Made by a program: the position numbers and the translations under genes. This document shows, one piece after another, positions 1-11,700 of a stretch of DNA of 64,000 bases (positions are counted from its first letter, which is position 1; each line of letters starts with the position of its first letter). Under the pieces are notes generated by a model. That model saw only the letters and a list, made by a program, of their open reading frames with translations. It ran no database searches and was not told the DNA's origin. Source of the stretch: an uncultured Ectothiorhodospiraceae bacterium (GTDB lineage Bacteria > Pseudomonadota > Gammaproteobacteria > CAMYNG01). The stretch covers positions 158,219 through 222,218 of the forward strand of contig CAMYNG010000001.1 in assembly GCA_947259765.1 (NCBI GenBank), read 5' to 3'.

Positions 1-75
1 ATCCTGTACCCGAGAACAAAGTGGAAAACGTTGTTGTGCGAATGCTATCGGCTTAGCAGTTGAACAATTCTACTC

Positions 76-849
76 TCATCGAATTATGCTACGACTGCTC
101 TGTTCAAGAAAGCGGAGTGTCTCACCAATTTCCTGATTACCCTCGGCCTCGGCGGAAAGACTTTTTTTTGCCTCTTCCAGAGTCATGCCAGATCGATAGA
201 TAGTTTTGTAGATATCACGTACCGCCTGTAACTGGGTTTTTGAAAACCCATGTCGTTTTAAACCCTCGGTATTGACACCGAACGGGTGCGCCGGATTTCC
301 GGAGACCATCACAAAGGGTGGAACGTCCTTGCTAACAGCGCTACCCATTCCACAGAACGCAAACTTGCCGATTGCACAAAACTGGTGCACAAGTGTAAAC
401 CCGCCAAGCACAGCATAATCCTCAACGCGTGCGTGCCCGGCAAGTGATGCACCATTAGAAAAAATTGTGTTATTTCCCACAGTACAATCATGGGCGATAT
501 GAATATAAGCCATCAACCAGTTATCGTTGCCTATAACTGTTGAACCACCGCCCTGAACAGTACCGCGATTAATGGTTACACATTCTCGGATCGTATTGCG
601 GTCCCCGATTTCGAGCAACGTGTCTTCTGTTGAAAATTTTTTATCCTGCGGGATTTCACCAACTGACGCAAACTGAAAAATTCGATTTTCTACACCGATG
701 CGGGTCGGCCCATTGATAACCACATGCGGACCAACCCAGGAACCGGCACCAATTTCCACATTTTCCCCGATTACGGTATAGGGACCGATATCAACATCAT
801 CCGCAATTTTACTTGCGGAATTTACAATCGCGGTGGGATGGATGCTCAC
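76..849 (-). CDS. lpxA: Acyl-ACP--UDP-N-acetylglucosamine O-acyltransferase
   Basis: The 257-aa ORF has hexapeptide-repeat beta-helix sequence (IGPYTVIGENVEIGAGSWVGPHVVINGPTRIG) and an LpxA-type helical C-terminus. It sits in the conserved lpxD-fabZ-lpxA order. Confidence 0.95.
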   Translation of the reverse strand: MSIHPTAIVNSASKIADDVDIGPYTVIGENVEIGAGSWVGPHVVINGPTRIGVENRIFQFASVGEIPQDKKFSTEDTLLEIGDRNTIRECVTINRGTVQGGGSTVIGNDNWLMAYIHIAHDCTVGNNTIFSNGASLAGHARVEDYAVLGGFTLVHQFCAIGKFAFCGMGSAVSKDVPPFVMVSGNPAHPFGVNTEGLKRHGFSKTQLQAVRDIYKTIYRSGMTLEEAKKSLSAEAEGNQEIGETLRFLEQSSRSIIR

Positions 850-1286
850 TAAGCCGCTCTTTTAGCACACATGAGCTCTGCGCTCGCTACCGTCTTGCCG
901 TCGACAGTTGCGGTACCGTTAAATTTCCAAACGTCGCGTAGCGATTTGATAAATTCAACTTCGAGCAGTAGCTTGTCTCCAGGTACAACCGGCTGCTTAA
1001 AACGGGCTTTGTCAACACCTACCAGATAGTAAAGCGTGTCCTCGCTAGGCGTCTCCTCGACAGTTCGAAATGCAAGAATACCCGTTGCTTGCGCCAACGC
1101 CTCTATTATTAACACCCCGGGCATAATAGGCTGATTTGGAAAGTGACCGGTGAAATACGGTTCGTTGTAGGTGACGTTTTTATAGCCCACAAGACGCTTC
1201 CCAGGTTCACATTCCGTTACACGGTCAATCAAAAGAAATGGATACCGATGGGGTAAATGGGCAAAAATTTCCTGGATGTTTAGCAT
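849..1286 (-). CDS. fabZ: 3-hydroxyacyl-ACP dehydratase
   Basis: The 145-aa hot-dog protein carries the FabZ signature [23 protein letters not shown]. It has a 1-nt stop/start overlap with lpxA. Confidence 0.95.
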   Translation of the reverse strand: MLNIQEIFAHLPHRYPFLLIDRVTECEPGKRLVGYKNVTYNEPYFTGHFPNQPIMPGVLIIEALAQATGILAFRTVEETPSEDTLYYLVGVDKARFKQPVVPGDKLLLEVEFIKSLRDVWKFNGTATVDGKTVASAELMCAKRAA

Positions 1287-1303
1287 GCTATAAAGGCAAC
1301 CTC

Positions 1304-2329
1304 TTACTCTGACTGTTCCTTGATCATTTTTTCCAGATATTTAATTCGACGTGCAAACTCGTCGAGCTGCTTCGCTCTTACGAAATTTCGGTGCCACTTG
1401 CGGTTTTCCTCCAGCGGCGTTCCCGACGAGTATACTCCGGGAGTAGCAATCGATCCGGTAACCAAGGACATTGCTGTGACCGTTGTATTGTCAGCGATTT
1501 CTAGATGTCCGAGAATCCCGACGCCACCGCCGATTGCGCAGTGTCTGCCTATTTTGGCGCTTCCCGATATTCCTGCACAAGCGGCAATTGCTGTGTGCGC
1601 ACCAATGCGAACATTGTGCGCAACCTGGACCAGGTTATCCAGCTTTACACCGTCTTCAAGAATCGTATCCTCAATTGCGCCACGATCAATTGTCGTGTTG
1701 GCCCCAATTTCAACATCATCTCCAAGCACGACCTTTCCGACCTGCTTTACTTTAATCCAGCGCCCGTTGTCGTTCGCCAGGCCAAAACCGTCACTACCAA
1801 TGACAACGCCAGGGTGCAGTATCGCACGATCGCCAATAACACAATCCGCACAAATCGTAACGTTGGGATATAACCGGCTATCCTGACCAATCAAAACGTT
1901 TTTACCGATATAGCAACCTGCACCTATTTCCACACCGGCGCCTATTTGAGCGCCGGACTCGACAACCGTATTGGCCCCTATCCGGCAAGTCGCGTCAACC
2001 TCAGCGTCTGCATGGACAAGTACACCCTGCTCCCGCCCTGGAACCGTCTGCTCATTGCCATAGAGGAACAGAACAATCTTGGCGTAAGCAACATAAGGCT
2101 CCGAAACGATAATGGCGTTGCCGGAATATTTTTCTACGTCCTGAAGCGAAATTATTACTGCAGATGCCGCGGTGCATTCCAATTGCTTTCGGTAGCGTCT
2201 ATTTGAAAGAAACGCAATCTGGCCGGGCCCGCCATTCGCCAAAGTGCCAATAGAAGAAATCTGACAATCCGGATCGCCGAATACTTTACCGCCAACATGC
2301 TCGGCAAGTTCCGCCAGCGTCTTGGTCAT
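1304..2329 (-). CDS. lpxD: UDP-3-O-(3-hydroxyacyl)glucosamine N-acyltransferase
   Basis: The 341-aa ORF has an N-terminal uridine-binding region followed by a long hexapeptide-repeat helix. It lies between skp and fabZ. Confidence 0.95.
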   Translation of the reverse strand: MTKTLAELAEHVGGKVFGDPDCQISSIGTLANGGPGQIAFLSNRRYRKQLECTAASAVIISLQDVEKYSGNAIIVSEPYVAYAKIVLFLYGNEQTVPGREQGVLVHADAEVDATCRIGANTVVESGAQIGAGVEIGAGCYIGKNVLIGQDSRLYPNVTICADCVIGDRAILHPGVVIGSDGFGLANDNGRWIKVKQVGKVVLGDDVEIGANTTIDRGAIEDTILEDGVKLDNLVQVAHNVRIGAHTAIAACAGISGSAKIGRHCAIGGGVGILGHLEIADNTTVTAMSLVTGSIATPGVYSSGTPLEENRKWHRNFVRAKQLDEFARRIKYLEKMIKEQSE

Positions 2330-2346
2330 AGAGCCGCGTTCCTTTT

Positions 2347-2892
2347 CTATTCGCCGGAGTTACCTGAACCCGTCTTTTGGCGGAACTCTTTTCGCAGTCT
2401 ACCCAACACCTGATCTGTCACATCGACTCGTTCACTGGCATAGATACTTTCGCCGAGTATAGCGTCGTAGTCTTTTTCCTGGGCAAGCGATACGATGGTC
2501 TCGAAAACAAGTTTCTGCAGTTTGTTAAGTTCCTCGTTTCTACGCAGGTTAAGATCTTCATTAAACTCTTCCTTGGCGCGCTTAATTTCCCGCTCCTGCG
2601 TCTTGAATTTTCGTTGCGCCTGCTTTCGTTGCAGGTCACTCATAATGGCCGAGTCCTTTGCCAGTTTGTCTTCGAGTTTTTGCAGACCCTTTTGCATTTT
2701 AATAATTTTTTGTTCGCGTGGGGCAAACGCGCTTTCCAAGCGCTTGCGAGCTGCCTCCGCCTGAGGTGCTTCCTTGAGCACTCTTGCCGTATTGACAAAA
2801 CCAACCTTGTAATCCGCTGCCAGCGCACTACCTGCGCCCGAACAAAAAACGCTTGCAGACACAACTACGGACAAAAGAAAACGACGTATCAC
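2347..2892 (-). CDS. skp: Periplasmic chaperone Skp/OmpH
   Basis: The protein is Lys/Glu/Gln-rich and coiled-coil with a signal peptide (VVVSASVFCSGAGSALA/ADYK). The track ORF extends to 2964 and would overlap bamA. I trimmed it to the in-frame GTG at 2892, 13 nt after the bamA stop. Confidence 0.8.
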   Translation of the reverse strand: MIRRFLLSVVVSASVFCSGAGSALAADYKVGFVNTARVLKEAPQAEAARKRLESAFAPREQKIIKMQKGLQKLEDKLAKDSAIMSDLQRKQAQRKFKTQEREIKRAKEEFNEDLNLRRNEELNKLQKLVFETIVSLAQEKDYDAILGESIYASERVDVTDQVLGRLRKEFRQKTGSGNSGE

Positions 2893-2905
2893 ATGACGCT
2901 CCTGA

Positions 2906-5182
2906 TTAAAATGGCGTGCCCAGAGTAAACTGGAACGCCTGTGTTTTATCACCCGGTTCATCATTGAGCGGTGTGGCCAAACTAAACCTCATCGCCCCTA
3001 TCGGTGCAAGCCAGGTAGCGGCTAGACCCGCCGCATACCGAAGCTCGCCGAGGTCAATCCGATCCCGTTCAGCGTACACCCAACCTCCATCGACAAACAA
3101 GCCGAATCGGACTGAATCACTGTCTTCCGAGAACGGGTTTGGAAACATTAACTCCAGATTTCCAACGATTTTAGTGTTACCACCAATCGGGTTATCAAAT
3201 GCGTCCCGGGTATTGGGCCCACCCAATGTCAACGCCTCATAACCACGGACAGACCGGCTACCACCGGCAAAGAAATTTTCAAACGGTGGCAAAATAACAG
3301 TATCGCCGTAGCCATCACCGTATCCAAGGTCCACTCGCGCCATTAAGGGAATTCCCTTAACCACTGGTATGTACTGGGTATGGTTAAAGTTTAACTTATA
3401 AAACTGCAGATCGCCGCCGGGTACGGTCAGGTCAATACCGCCCGTTGTGGTTGCACCACGGTCCGGAAAGATGGCTCGATTACGTGAATCCCGACGCCAG
3501 TTGGTTGTCAGGGTGAAGATATCGTATTTGTTGCCATAGAGGTCAACAAATTCCTGTATTTGTTCGGCAACATTTTCGCCAAGTAGTAACTCAAGATTTT
3601 CATATTCAAAACCGTAGGTCACACGTTGAAGCTCATTGAGCGGCATGCCCCAATCGACAGAAGCGCCATAACTATCGGTGGTATAATTGGTTACGTTGGC
3701 CTCCGCAGCATCCACCTCACGTAGGAACACTCTGAAACCTGCGCTTACGCCTGAATCAGTAAAGTACGGGTTTCGATAGCTGAAGCTAAATAACTGGGTG
3801 ACCTGACTACGGTTAACTTCAAATGCAATCCGTTTTCCGGTTCCGGCAAAGTTAGCCTGGGTAATCGAAGCATTTAACAAAATGCCCTGCGTATCGGAAA
3901 ACCCCAAACCTGCCGAAAGTGAACCTGTTGATCGTTCCGTAACCGCATAATTAACATCCACCTGATCGCCCGAACCAGGTACAGTAGGTGTCTCAACTGT
4001 AACCTCCTGAAAATATCCCAAGCGATTCAGACGGTCACGTGATGTGGAAATCAGCTTGGTCGACATCCATGATCCTTCAAGCTGGCGTATCTCTCTACGA
4101 ATAACTTCATCACGTGTTTTGTTGTTTCCGGAAATATTAACCCGGTTCACATAAACCCGCTTGCCCGGATCCACGAACAGGGTCAAGGCCACCGTTCGGG
4201 AATCTTTATCCAATTCCGGAATTAAATTAACATTAGCAAAGGCGTACCCTGACTCGGCAAGGCGATCACTAATATTTTTCGTGCTGGCCGCGGTTTTTGA
4301 CCTGGAGAAAAGATCACCTTTCTCGATAACCAACAATTCTCTTATTTCATCCTCTTCAACGACCAAGTCACCCGCCAGCTTGACGGAGCTTACGGTATAC
4401 TCTTCACCTTCCGTGAGATTAATGGTGATATAAACATCTTGTTTGTCCGGAGTCAGAGACACCTGGGTCGAGTCAACAACAAAGTTGATGTACCCACGAT
4501 CTAGATAGAACGACTTTAGTTTTTCAAGATCGGCCGCCAGAATTTGCTTTGAATAGTTGCTTTTTCCGCTAAAAAAAGAAATAGATGCCAGATCGAGACG
4601 ATTAAGAAGTCGCTTATCCGGAAATGCGTTGTTACCGACCAAAATGACTTGTTCTATCTTCGCCGTTTCACCCTCGGCGATTTCGATATTTACCTCAACC
4701 CGATTTCGTTCGAGTTCGATTAGCTTTGACTCCAGCTTAACTCCATATTTTCCAAGACTGAAGTATTGACGTTCGAGTTCTTGCTCAACCTTATCAAGCA
4801 ACGAGCGGTCAAGAATGCGGCCCTGTGACAAGCCAATCTGGCCCAATGCTTCCTTCAATTGGTCGTCAGGAATCTCGCTGTTACCACTAAAACTGACTTC
4901 GGCAATAGCCGGACGCTCTTTGACAGATATAACCAGAACTTTTCCATCACGACTGAGCCCGATATCCTTGAAAAAGCCTGTCTTATACAGGGCTCTGATT
5001 GCCTGTCCGCTCAGGGTGTTGGTAATTTCATCGCCAACTTTAATTGGCAAATAATTAAACACCGTACCGATCTCTATTCGTTGCAACCCCTCAAGGCGAA
5101 TATCCTCGACAACAAATGCCTCAAAGGCATAGCTGGTCCGCACAAATGCGCTTACCAGAATAAAAAGAAACAATCGTTTCAT
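2906..5182 (-). CDS. bamA: Outer membrane protein assembly factor BamA
   Basis: The 758-aa ORF has a signal peptide, POTRA-type N-terminal repeats and a C-terminal beta-barrel ending ...FQFTLGTPF. Its position between rseP and skp is conserved. Confidence 0.95.
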   Translation of the reverse strand: MKRLFLFILVSAFVRTSYAFEAFVVEDIRLEGLQRIEIGTVFNYLPIKVGDEITNTLSGQAIRALYKTGFFKDIGLSRDGKVLVISVKERPAIAEVSFSGNSEIPDDQLKEALGQIGLSQGRILDRSLLDKVEQELERQYFSLGKYGVKLESKLIELERNRVEVNIEIAEGETAKIEQVILVGNNAFPDKRLLNRLDLASISFFSGKSNYSKQILAADLEKLKSFYLDRGYINFVVDSTQVSLTPDKQDVYITINLTEGEEYTVSSVKLAGDLVVEEDEIRELLVIEKGDLFSRSKTAASTKNISDRLAESGYAFANVNLIPELDKDSRTVALTLFVDPGKRVYVNRVNISGNNKTRDEVIRREIRQLEGSWMSTKLISTSRDRLNRLGYFQEVTVETPTVPGSGDQVDVNYAVTERSTGSLSAGLGFSDTQGILLNASITQANFAGTGKRIAFEVNRSQVTQLFSFSYRNPYFTDSGVSAGFRVFLREVDAAEANVTNYTTDSYGASVDWGMPLNELQRVTYGFEYENLELLLGENVAEQIQEFVDLYGNKYDIFTLTTNWRRDSRNRAIFPDRGATTTGGIDLTVPGGDLQFYKLNFNHTQYIPVVKGIPLMARVDLGYGDGYGDTVILPPFENFFAGGSRSVRGYEALTLGGPNTRDAFDNPIGGNTKIVGNLELMFPNPFSEDSDSVRFGLFVDGGWVYAERDRIDLGELRYAAGLAATWLAPIGAMRFSLATPLNDEPGDKTQAFQFTLGTPF

Positions 5183-5203
5183 ATAAAATTTTTATTATTT
5201 TTT

Positions 5204-6571
5204 TTATCCGAACAATCGCACCAGATCGTTATAAAAAGCCAGCCCCATCAATAGCGCAATCATGACTATTCCAACGCGTTGGGCGACGGCTTCGAATTCT
5301 TCAGAAACCGGTTTTCCCCTAAAAAACTCAATCATGTAATAAAACAAATGCCCTCCATCAAGAATAGGTATTGGAAGAAGATTTATTATTGCCAGACTGA
5401 TGCTGACAATAGCCAAAAAGTTCAGGTACCAGGGCAATCCTGCACTTGCTGACTGCCCCGCGTATTTGGCAATGTTAATGGGGCCACTAAGATTACGTAC
5501 GGATACTTCACCGGTAACTATTTTGGCCAACATCTTTAGAGTAAGAATGCTGTTTTTCCAGGTTTGTTTGACGGCCTGTGTCGCTGCAGAAAACACCGAA
5601 TATTTGTAGGGCACACGCATTTCTTCTGAAATTCCGCTACCCTCTCCCGGCATCAATCCGATTCGACCTATATCCTTCCCGTCCAAGTGCTTACGCTCTG
5701 GCACAACGTAGAGGTGAACACGCTCAGTTTCATTTCGTTCCACCAGAACGTCGAGTTGCTGATCGGGACGAGCACTAACATAATCTACAAGCTCGCCAGG
5801 GCTTGTGATCTGAATACCATCGATGGCGATAATTCGATCGCCCGTCTTAAAGCCTGCCCTTTCTGCCGGATTACCGCTTAAAACTTCCATCACGCGTGGT
5901 GGTGCGGGCTCTCGCCAGGGCAGAAAACCGAGTGACTGGAACGGGCGTTCCGGAGCGACATTGGGATCCAGGTTAGAAAGATCGAGTGTACGCTCCGATA
6001 TCGTTCCATTTTGATCTCGAACCTGGATACTCACTGAGCCACGTTCGAGCATGGCCGGCAACATGGCCTGGATAGCGACCGACCAGATCGGAGTAGGTTC
6101 ATTGTTAACGGATATTATTTCCTGGTTTCGTTGCAACTGCGCATAGGCCGCAGGCGAATCGGGCGCGACCTCACCTATTAAGGGCTTAATCCCGGTAACA
6201 CCCAGGACGAACATGAGCCAATAGGCAAAAACAGCAAACAGAAAATTGAACATCGGTCCGGCTAACACAATGGCGAATCGAGTCGACAGCGGTTTATTGT
6301 TAAAAGCACGTTGTCGTTCTGCGGGGGGTACCGCTGCTTCCCGTTCGTCGAGCATCTTAACGTAGCCACCCAGCGGAATAGCCGCGACAACATACTCTGT
6401 TTGGTCCGGCCCGTAAGTTCGACGCCACAACGGTTTACCAAAACCGATAGAATAACGCAGAACTTTTACACCAAGCCGTTTTGCAACCCAGAAATGACCA
6501 AATTCGTGAACGGCAATTAGTATGGTAATCGCAACAATAAATGCGAGCAGCATAAACAAAGTTTCTTGCAT
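5204..6571 (-). CDS. rseP: Sigma-E regulatory site-2 zinc metalloprotease RseP
   Basis: The ORF has the HExxH motif (HEFGHFWVAKRLG), central PDZ-like regions and a C-terminal NLLPIPILDGGH motif. Confidence 0.93.
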   Translation of the reverse strand: MQETLFMLLAFIVAITILIAVHEFGHFWVAKRLGVKVLRYSIGFGKPLWRRTYGPDQTEYVVAAIPLGGYVKMLDEREAAVPPAERQRAFNNKPLSTRFAIVLAGPMFNFLFAVFAYWLMFVLGVTGIKPLIGEVAPDSPAAYAQLQRNQEIISVNNEPTPIWSVAIQAMLPAMLERGSVSIQVRDQNGTISERTLDLSNLDPNVAPERPFQSLGFLPWREPAPPRVMEVLSGNPAERAGFKTGDRIIAIDGIQITSPGELVDYVSARPDQQLDVLVERNETERVHLYVVPERKHLDGKDIGRIGLMPGEGSGISEEMRVPYKYSVFSAATQAVKQTWKNSILTLKMLAKIVTGEVSVRNLSGPINIAKYAGQSASAGLPWYLNFLAIVSISLAIINLLPIPILDGGHLFYYMIEFFRGKPVSEEFEAVAQRVGIVMIALLMGLAFYNDLVRLFG

Positions 6572-7764
6572 TAACTCACCTTTTTAGCTGTAAGCGAAAC
6601 CATCCGCTCTGCAGCTGTACGTGATTCTGCGTCGACCGCCAGGATCGTCTCGATGGAACTCGCCGGAGGCATCGGTACAGAATCCATTACACTGGAAATG
6701 ACGCCAGCAATATCCGTGAATCGAATTCGGCGCTCAAGAAATGCCCCAACGGCAATTTCATTGGCGGCATTCAGAACTGTCGGCGCGGTTTCACCTGCAG
6801 CGGCAGCTTCGATTGCCAAACGCAGACAGGGAAACCTTTCAAAGTCTGGTGGCTCAAAGTCCAGTTGTTTGACCGCAAACATGTCAAGTGGTTCGACGCC
6901 TGATTTGATTCTGTCAGGCCAAGCCATTGCATGCGCGATAGGAGTGCGCATATCAGGATTACCTAATTGGGCAAGAACGGAACCGTCCGTATATTGAACC
7001 ATGGAGTGGATCACACTTTGCGGATGAAGGACTACCTGTATCCTATCGGGCAAGGTGTTAAACAACCAGCAGGCTTCGATAACCTCCAGCCCTTTATTCA
7101 TCATGGTTGCTGAGTCCACAGATATTTTTCTACCCATATCCCAATTGGGATGTGCGCAGGCCTGCTCAGGTGTCACATCAACCAATTCTGACGTGGGCCG
7201 GCTTCGAAACGGTCCCCCCGAGGCCGTCAGTAAGATTTTTTCTACGCCAACGTTTTCCAGTCCTGCATGAAAACCCGCGGGCATACATTGGAAAATCGCG
7301 TTGTGTTCACTGTCGATTGGAAGCAATTCTGCGCCACTGGACTGGACTTCATCCATAAACAACTTGCCCGACATCACCAGCGATTCCTTATTTGCCAATA
7401 ACACACGCTTTCCCGCGCGAGCTGCTGCAAGAGTGGGCTGGAGACCCGCTGCACCTACTATTGCAGCCATAACAAAATCTACGTTTTCATTGCTGGCGAC
7501 TTCAACCAGTCCACCTTCCCCGGAAAGCACCCGAGTTTTGAGTCTCTCTTGAGTGATAAGAGTGGATAATTTTTCTGCCGCAACTTCATCACGCATTACG
7601 GCAATGTCAGGAAGAAACTCCTTACATTGATTAAACATCCGCTCAACTTGCATGTTCGCAGTGAGCGCAACAACATGATAACGATCAGGATGCCTGCGAG
7701 CGACGTCTAGCGTGCTGAGCCCGATTGAACCTGTTGAACCCAGTATGGTTAATCTTTTTACCAT
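6571..7764 (-). CDS. dxr: 1-deoxy-D-xylulose 5-phosphate reductoisomerase
   Basis: The 397-aa ORF has the N-terminal GSTGSIG NADPH motif and a Dxr-typical core ([18 protein letters not shown]). Confidence 0.95.
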   Translation of the reverse strand: MVKRLTILGSTGSIGLSTLDVARRHPDRYHVVALTANMQVERMFNQCKEFLPDIAVMRDEVAAEKLSTLITQERLKTRVLSGEGGLVEVASNENVDFVMAAIVGAAGLQPTLAAARAGKRVLLANKESLVMSGKLFMDEVQSSGAELLPIDSEHNAIFQCMPAGFHAGLENVGVEKILLTASGGPFRSRPTSELVDVTPEQACAHPNWDMGRKISVDSATMMNKGLEVIEACWLFNTLPDRIQVVLHPQSVIHSMVQYTDGSVLAQLGNPDMRTPIAHAMAWPDRIKSGVEPLDMFAVKQLDFEPPDFERFPCLRLAIEAAAAGETAPTVLNAANEIAVGAFLERRIRFTDIAGVISSVMDSVPMPPASSIETILAVDAESRTAAERMVSLTAKKVS

Positions 7765-8594
7765 AGATTTCCTGTAACCCAGACGCTTAGCAGAAATACT
7801 GGCGCTGCCGCTGTCAAACTATCAATACGATCCATGACACCGCCGTGCCCCGGAAGAATGTTCCCACTGTCTTTTACACCGCCACTTCTTTTCACAAGGC
7901 TCTCAAATAGATCGCCAACGATAGAAAACATTACTGTAATTAGGCACACGATGATAAACGGAAGCAGCTGACTCTTGGCAACATCAAAATAAACTCCTCC
8001 TGCCCACCCGATGAGTAGTGTACATCCCAACGCGCCCACTACGCCTTCCCAGGATTTTCCAGGACTAACGACGGGTGCGAGTTTGTGTCGCCCCCATTGA
8101 CGACCGGAAAAATAGGCGCCTGTATCCGCGACCCAGATAAGGATGAACACAAACATGACGTAGTTCGGACCAAATTCGGTGTTTTCTCGCAGTACCAATA
8201 GTGCATAGTAAGATCCGCAAAGTACAAATATTCCTGCCAGTAGAAACAACAAAAGACGAACAGTTGGCGCAGAGGCCAAACTTCCTTTGAATCGAACTAT
8301 CGATATAATCGCTAACAACCAGAAAGCGAATACGATCATCAGAATTGCGGGCACGACGCTAAACTGCATATCGTTTGCGATATACCAGAGTGACCCCAGC
8401 ATGAGTGCCAGTAGTACCACGTAGAAAACGTGCGCCATGGGTTTGCCGATACGGGAAATATAACCCCATTCCCACGCACCAACGAGGAAGACGCATGCAA
8501 ATGCCAAAGCGAAGATTTGTGTCGATGCGCCGTAGATTGACCAAACGACCAATGGCACCAGCGCCAACGCGGTCAAAACCCTTAGTTTAAGCAT
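7758..8594 (-). CDS. cdsA: Phosphatidate cytidylyltransferase
   Basis: This is a polytopic membrane protein with a CdsA C-terminal signature (SxxKRxxxxKDxGxxxPGHGGxxDRxDS seen as [28 protein letters not shown]). The track ORF to 8807 overlaps uppS. I trimmed it to the ATG at 8594 ([10 protein letters not shown]), an 8-nt overlap with the uppS stop. Confidence 0.88.
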   Translation of the reverse strand: MLKLRVLTALALVPLVVWSIYGASTQIFALAFACVFLVGAWEWGYISRIGKPMAHVFYVVLLALMLGSLWYIANDMQFSVVPAILMIVFAFWLLAIISIVRFKGSLASAPTVRLLLFLLAGIFVLCGSYYALLVLRENTEFGPNYVMFVFILIWVADTGAYFSGRQWGRHKLAPVVSPGKSWEGVVGALGCTLLIGWAGGVYFDVAKSQLLPFIIVCLITVMFSIVGDLFESLVKRSGGVKDSGNILPGHGGVMDRIDSLTAAAPVFLLSVWVTGNLW

Positions 8595-9360
8595 TCTGCA
8601 ATTGCTCGACTTGCTCTGCTGTATAACCAAATCGCCGTTGCCTGCTCGTATAGGCTTCGATGGCTTCTTCGAGGTGAGACACTGTAAAGTCCGGCCACAA
8701 AACCGGCGTAAAATAGAGTTCAGTATAGGCCAGTTGCCACAACAGAAAATTACTGATTCGTTGCTCACCGCCGGTGCGAATAAACAAATCCGGCTCCGGT
8801 AAATCACTTAGGCAACAAGCGTTGTTAAAATGTTGCTCGGTTATTTCGGATGCACGTAATTCACCCGCTTCAACTTGTTCCGCCAGAGTGCGACATGCCT
8901 GTGAGATATCCCAGCGGCCTCCATAATTAGCCGCAATGACTAATCGTAAGCCCGTATTATCTACCGTCAGCGATTCAACTTCTTCTATTTGTTTTATCAG
9001 ATTTTGATCAAACGCAGTCCTATCGCCGATAACCTGTAAACGCACGTCATTCTCATGTAGCTTGTTGGCCTCGTCGCCAAGCGCGGTCAAGAAAAGGTTC
9101 ATCAATGTTCCGACTTCTTTCTTGGGACGGCGCCAGTTTTCGCTTGAAAATGCGAAAAGTGTCAAGGCCCCAACTCCACGTTCACGGCAGTCTTCGACAA
9201 TTTTTCGTACAGCGTTGACGCCGGCGCGATGGCCGGCATAGCGAGGCATAAGCCGCTTTCTAGCCCATCTGCCATTGCCATCCATAATTATGGCAAGGTG
9301 ACGAAGTTCGGCCGTTCCCGATTCGTCATTACGGAGGTTCTCGGGTGATTTACCGCTCAT
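8587..9360 (-). CDS. uppS: Ditrans,polycis-undecaprenyl-diphosphate synthase
   Basis: The ORF has the cis-prenyltransferase motifs HLAIIMDGNGRWA and ...RTGGEQRISNFLLWQ. Confidence 0.95.
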   Translation of the reverse strand: MSGKSPENLRNDESGTAELRHLAIIMDGNGRWARKRLMPRYAGHRAGVNAVRKIVEDCRERGVGALTLFAFSSENWRRPKKEVGTLMNLFLTALGDEANKLHENDVRLQVIGDRTAFDQNLIKQIEEVESLTVDNTGLRLVIAANYGGRWDISQACRTLAEQVEAGELRASEITEQHFNNACCLSDLPEPDLFIRTGGEQRISNFLLWQLAYTELYFTPVLWPDFTVSHLEEAIEAYTSRQRRFGYTAEQVEQLQNA

Positions 9361-9444
9361 GGTTCGGTTAATTTACAGGTCTCGGCTTATGGCGGTGATC
9401 TTTCAACGTAGATAGAAGCAAGAGAAAAACACAGATCTTGCAGA

Positions 9445-10002
9445 TCAAATCTCCATCAAATCTTTTTCCTTTGCTTCCAGAAGCTTATCCACTTGCGTGA
9501 CATACTTGTCGGTAATTTTTTGAACGTCATCCTCCGCACGCCGTTCTTCGTCTTCGGTGATTTCCTTTTCCTTCAGCAACGTTTTGCAATCGCTGTTCAC
9601 GTCACGTCGAATATTTCGAATCGCAACACGTGCGTTTTCGCCCTCTTGCCGAACCACCCGGATCATATCTTTACGACGTTCTTCCGTAAGGGGTGGAAGG
9701 GGAACCCGAATAATCTCGCCCGCTGTAATAGGATTTAGCCCCAAGCCCGAGCTCATTATGGCCTTTTCAATTACTGGCACCATGGGCTTCTCCCACGGTG
9801 TTACCGAGAGAGTTCGAGAGTCTGCGACATTTACGTTAGCAACCTGAGTTAAAGGCACCTGAGATCCGTAGTATTCAACAGTAATGTGGTCGAGAAGACT
9901 CGTATGTGCGCGTCCGGTACGGAGCTTACTCAGCTCGTGGCGCAATGAGTCGATACTTTTCCCCATTCTGGTTTCCGCATCCTTTTTTAGGTCGTCAATC
10001 AT
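9445..10002 (-). CDS. frr: Ribosome recycling factor
   Basis: This is a typical Frr sequence. I chose the ATG at 10002 ([13 protein letters not shown], 185 aa) over the GTG at 10011, because GAGAGG lies about 10 nt upstream of the ATG. Confidence 0.94.
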   Translation of the reverse strand: MIDDLKKDAETRMGKSIDSLRHELSKLRTGRAHTSLLDHITVEYYGSQVPLTQVANVNVADSRTLSVTPWEKPMVPVIEKAIMSSGLGLNPITAGEIIRVPLPPLTEERRKDMIRVVRQEGENARVAIRNIRRDVNSDCKTLLKEKEITEDEERRAEDDVQKITDKYVTQVDKLLEAKEKDLMEI

Positions 10003-10007
10003 AGTCG

Positions 10008-10721
10008 TCACGCCTCTCTAACCAATGTTCCATGCTGGACACCATTTATAATATCCAGCAAGGCACCGGGATTATTCATATTAAATACCCGAATGGGCAT
10101 CTTATTGTCCCGACACAACACTATCGCTGCGGTATCCATGACCCCCAGATTCTGTTCGATAACCTGATCGTAACTTAGCGAATCAAACCTGACTGCATCC
10201 GGGACCTTAACAGGATCAGCGGAGTAGACGCCGTCAACCTTGGTTGCCTTGAGAACAATATCGGCCCCGATCTCGATGCCGCGAAGGCAGGCCGCCGTGT
10301 CAGTCGTAAAGAACGGGTTACCGGTTCCTGCGGCAAAAATAATCAAACGACCGTTCTCAAGATGTCTCAAAGCATTTCGACGCACATAATCTTCACAGAT
10401 TTGATGGATGGGTAGTGCGGACATCACACGCACATCAAGTCCAAGCTGCGCAATTACATCCTGCATGGCGAGCGCATTAATTACCGTCGCCAACATACCC
10501 ATTTGATCGGCGTTTGCCCTGTCCATGCCGCCAGCAGATAAACTTACGCCGCGAAAAATATTTCCACCACCTATTACCAGTGCAACTTGTACACCGAGGT
10601 CAACAACTTCCTTTATTTCTGCGGAAACACGTTTGACAACCGCGGGGTCTATTCCGAATGACTGACTGCCCATAAGGGCTTCACCACTAAGCTTCAGCAA
10701 AATACGTCGACATTCAGGCAC
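10008..10721 (-). CDS. pyrH: UMP kinase
   Basis: The 237-aa ORF has the [12 protein letters not shown]-terminus and an amino-acid-kinase fold. It sits in the tsf-pyrH-frr order. Confidence 0.95.
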   Translation of the reverse strand: MPECRRILLKLSGEALMGSQSFGIDPAVVKRVSAEIKEVVDLGVQVALVIGGGNIFRGVSLSAGGMDRANADQMGMLATVINALAMQDVIAQLGLDVRVMSALPIHQICEDYVRRNALRHLENGRLIIFAAGTGNPFFTTDTAACLRGIEIGADIVLKATKVDGVYSADPVKVPDAVRFDSLSYDQVIEQNLGVMDTAAIVLCRDNKMPIRVFNMNNPGALLDIINGVQHGTLVREA

Positions 10722-10753
10722 AGAAACTCAACTCCTCGTCGGAACCACTCAGT

Positions 10754-11635
10754 CTATCCGCCTTTCACCTGAGCCATTACTTCATCAGCAAAGTTATCCT
10801 GCTTTTTCTCGATACCTTCACCCACTTCAATTCTAATCATTTTCTCAATGGACGCACTCGCGGCTTTCAGCAATTGTTCAACCGTTTGGTCCGGATCTTT
10901 TACGAAAGGTTGACCCAGCAGGGTTACTTCCTTGAGAAATTTTTTAACCCGACCATCGACCATTTTAGAAATAATCTCGTCGGGTTTACCGCTTTCCTTT
11001 GCCTGGGCAGTAAAAATTTCACGTTCTTTTTCAATTACACCCGCCGGCACATCCGCTTCCGATACACAGATTGGACGGCTTGCCGCAACATGCATAGCGA
11101 TGTCTTTCGCAAGATCCGAATTACCGCCTTTCATCGCGACGGCAACACCGATGCGAACACCGTGTAGGTACAAACCCAGATTGTCGCTAGCTTCAACTAT
11201 TTCAAATCGCCGGACGGAAATGTTTTCACCGATTTTTGCAATAAGCGCCTTGCGGGCGTCTTCTATAGTCGTGCTTCCGTCATCCGTTTTCATGCCGTGC
11301 AGAACTTCGATATCGGCGGGACGGTCAGACAAAACCCGCTTCACAACCGAATCTGCAAATTGGGCAAAATTCTCATCTTTGGCAACAAAGTCGGTTTCGC
11401 AGTTAATCTCAACCAATGCAGCAGTTTTGCCGTCATCGCTGGTCTTGATTACGATAGAGCCTTCGGCCGCGGTTCGGCCAGCCTTTTTATCTGCTTTCGC
11501 TTGTCCGGACTTACGTAAATTTTCGATCGCGGATTCAATATTACCGTCGGTCTCTACCAACGCTTTCTTACATTCCATCATGCCTGCGCCTGTTCTCTCG
11601 CGCAGTTCCTTAACCATGGTTGCAGAAATTGCCAT
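10754..11635 (-). CDS. tsf: Translation elongation factor Ts
   Basis: The UBA-like N-terminus reads [27 protein letters not shown] trimmed the start to the ATG at 11635, which is preceded by GAGGAA. Confidence 0.93.
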   Translation of the reverse strand: MAISATMVKELRERTGAGMMECKKALVETDGNIESAIENLRKSGQAKADKKAGRTAAEGSIVIKTSDDGKTAALVEINCETDFVAKDENFAQFADSVVKRVLSDRPADIEVLHGMKTDDGSTTIEDARKALIAKIGENISVRRFEIVEASDNLGLYLHGVRIGVAVAMKGGNSDLAKDIAMHVAASRPICVSEADVPAGVIEKEREIFTAQAKESGKPDEIISKMVDGRVKKFLKEVTLLGQPFVKDPDQTVEQLLKAASASIEKMIRIEVGEGIEKKQDNFADEVMAQVKGG

Positions 11636-11700
11636 GTCGTGTTCCTCGCTTACCAAATTGACGCCTTGGTTATTTTTAACTCCAAGGCACCATGTTTTTT

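Noticed and set aside
1-75. Possible 5' end of the next minus-strand gene after lpxA, where lpxB would be expected.
   Set aside because: Only 75 nt are available. There is no identifiable start codon or LpxB N-terminal motif, so nothing can be supported.
8595-8807. Long N-terminal extensions of track ORFs. These are cdsA to 8807, skp to 2964, DUF302 to 21685, tsf to 11656, rpsB to 12750, the TPR lipoprotein to 25355, SCP2 to 51234 and the sigma-54 activator from 51355.
   Set aside because: Each extension overlaps the preceding gene or lacks an RBS. Internal starts with Shine-Dalgarno-like sequences reproduce the canonical N-termini.
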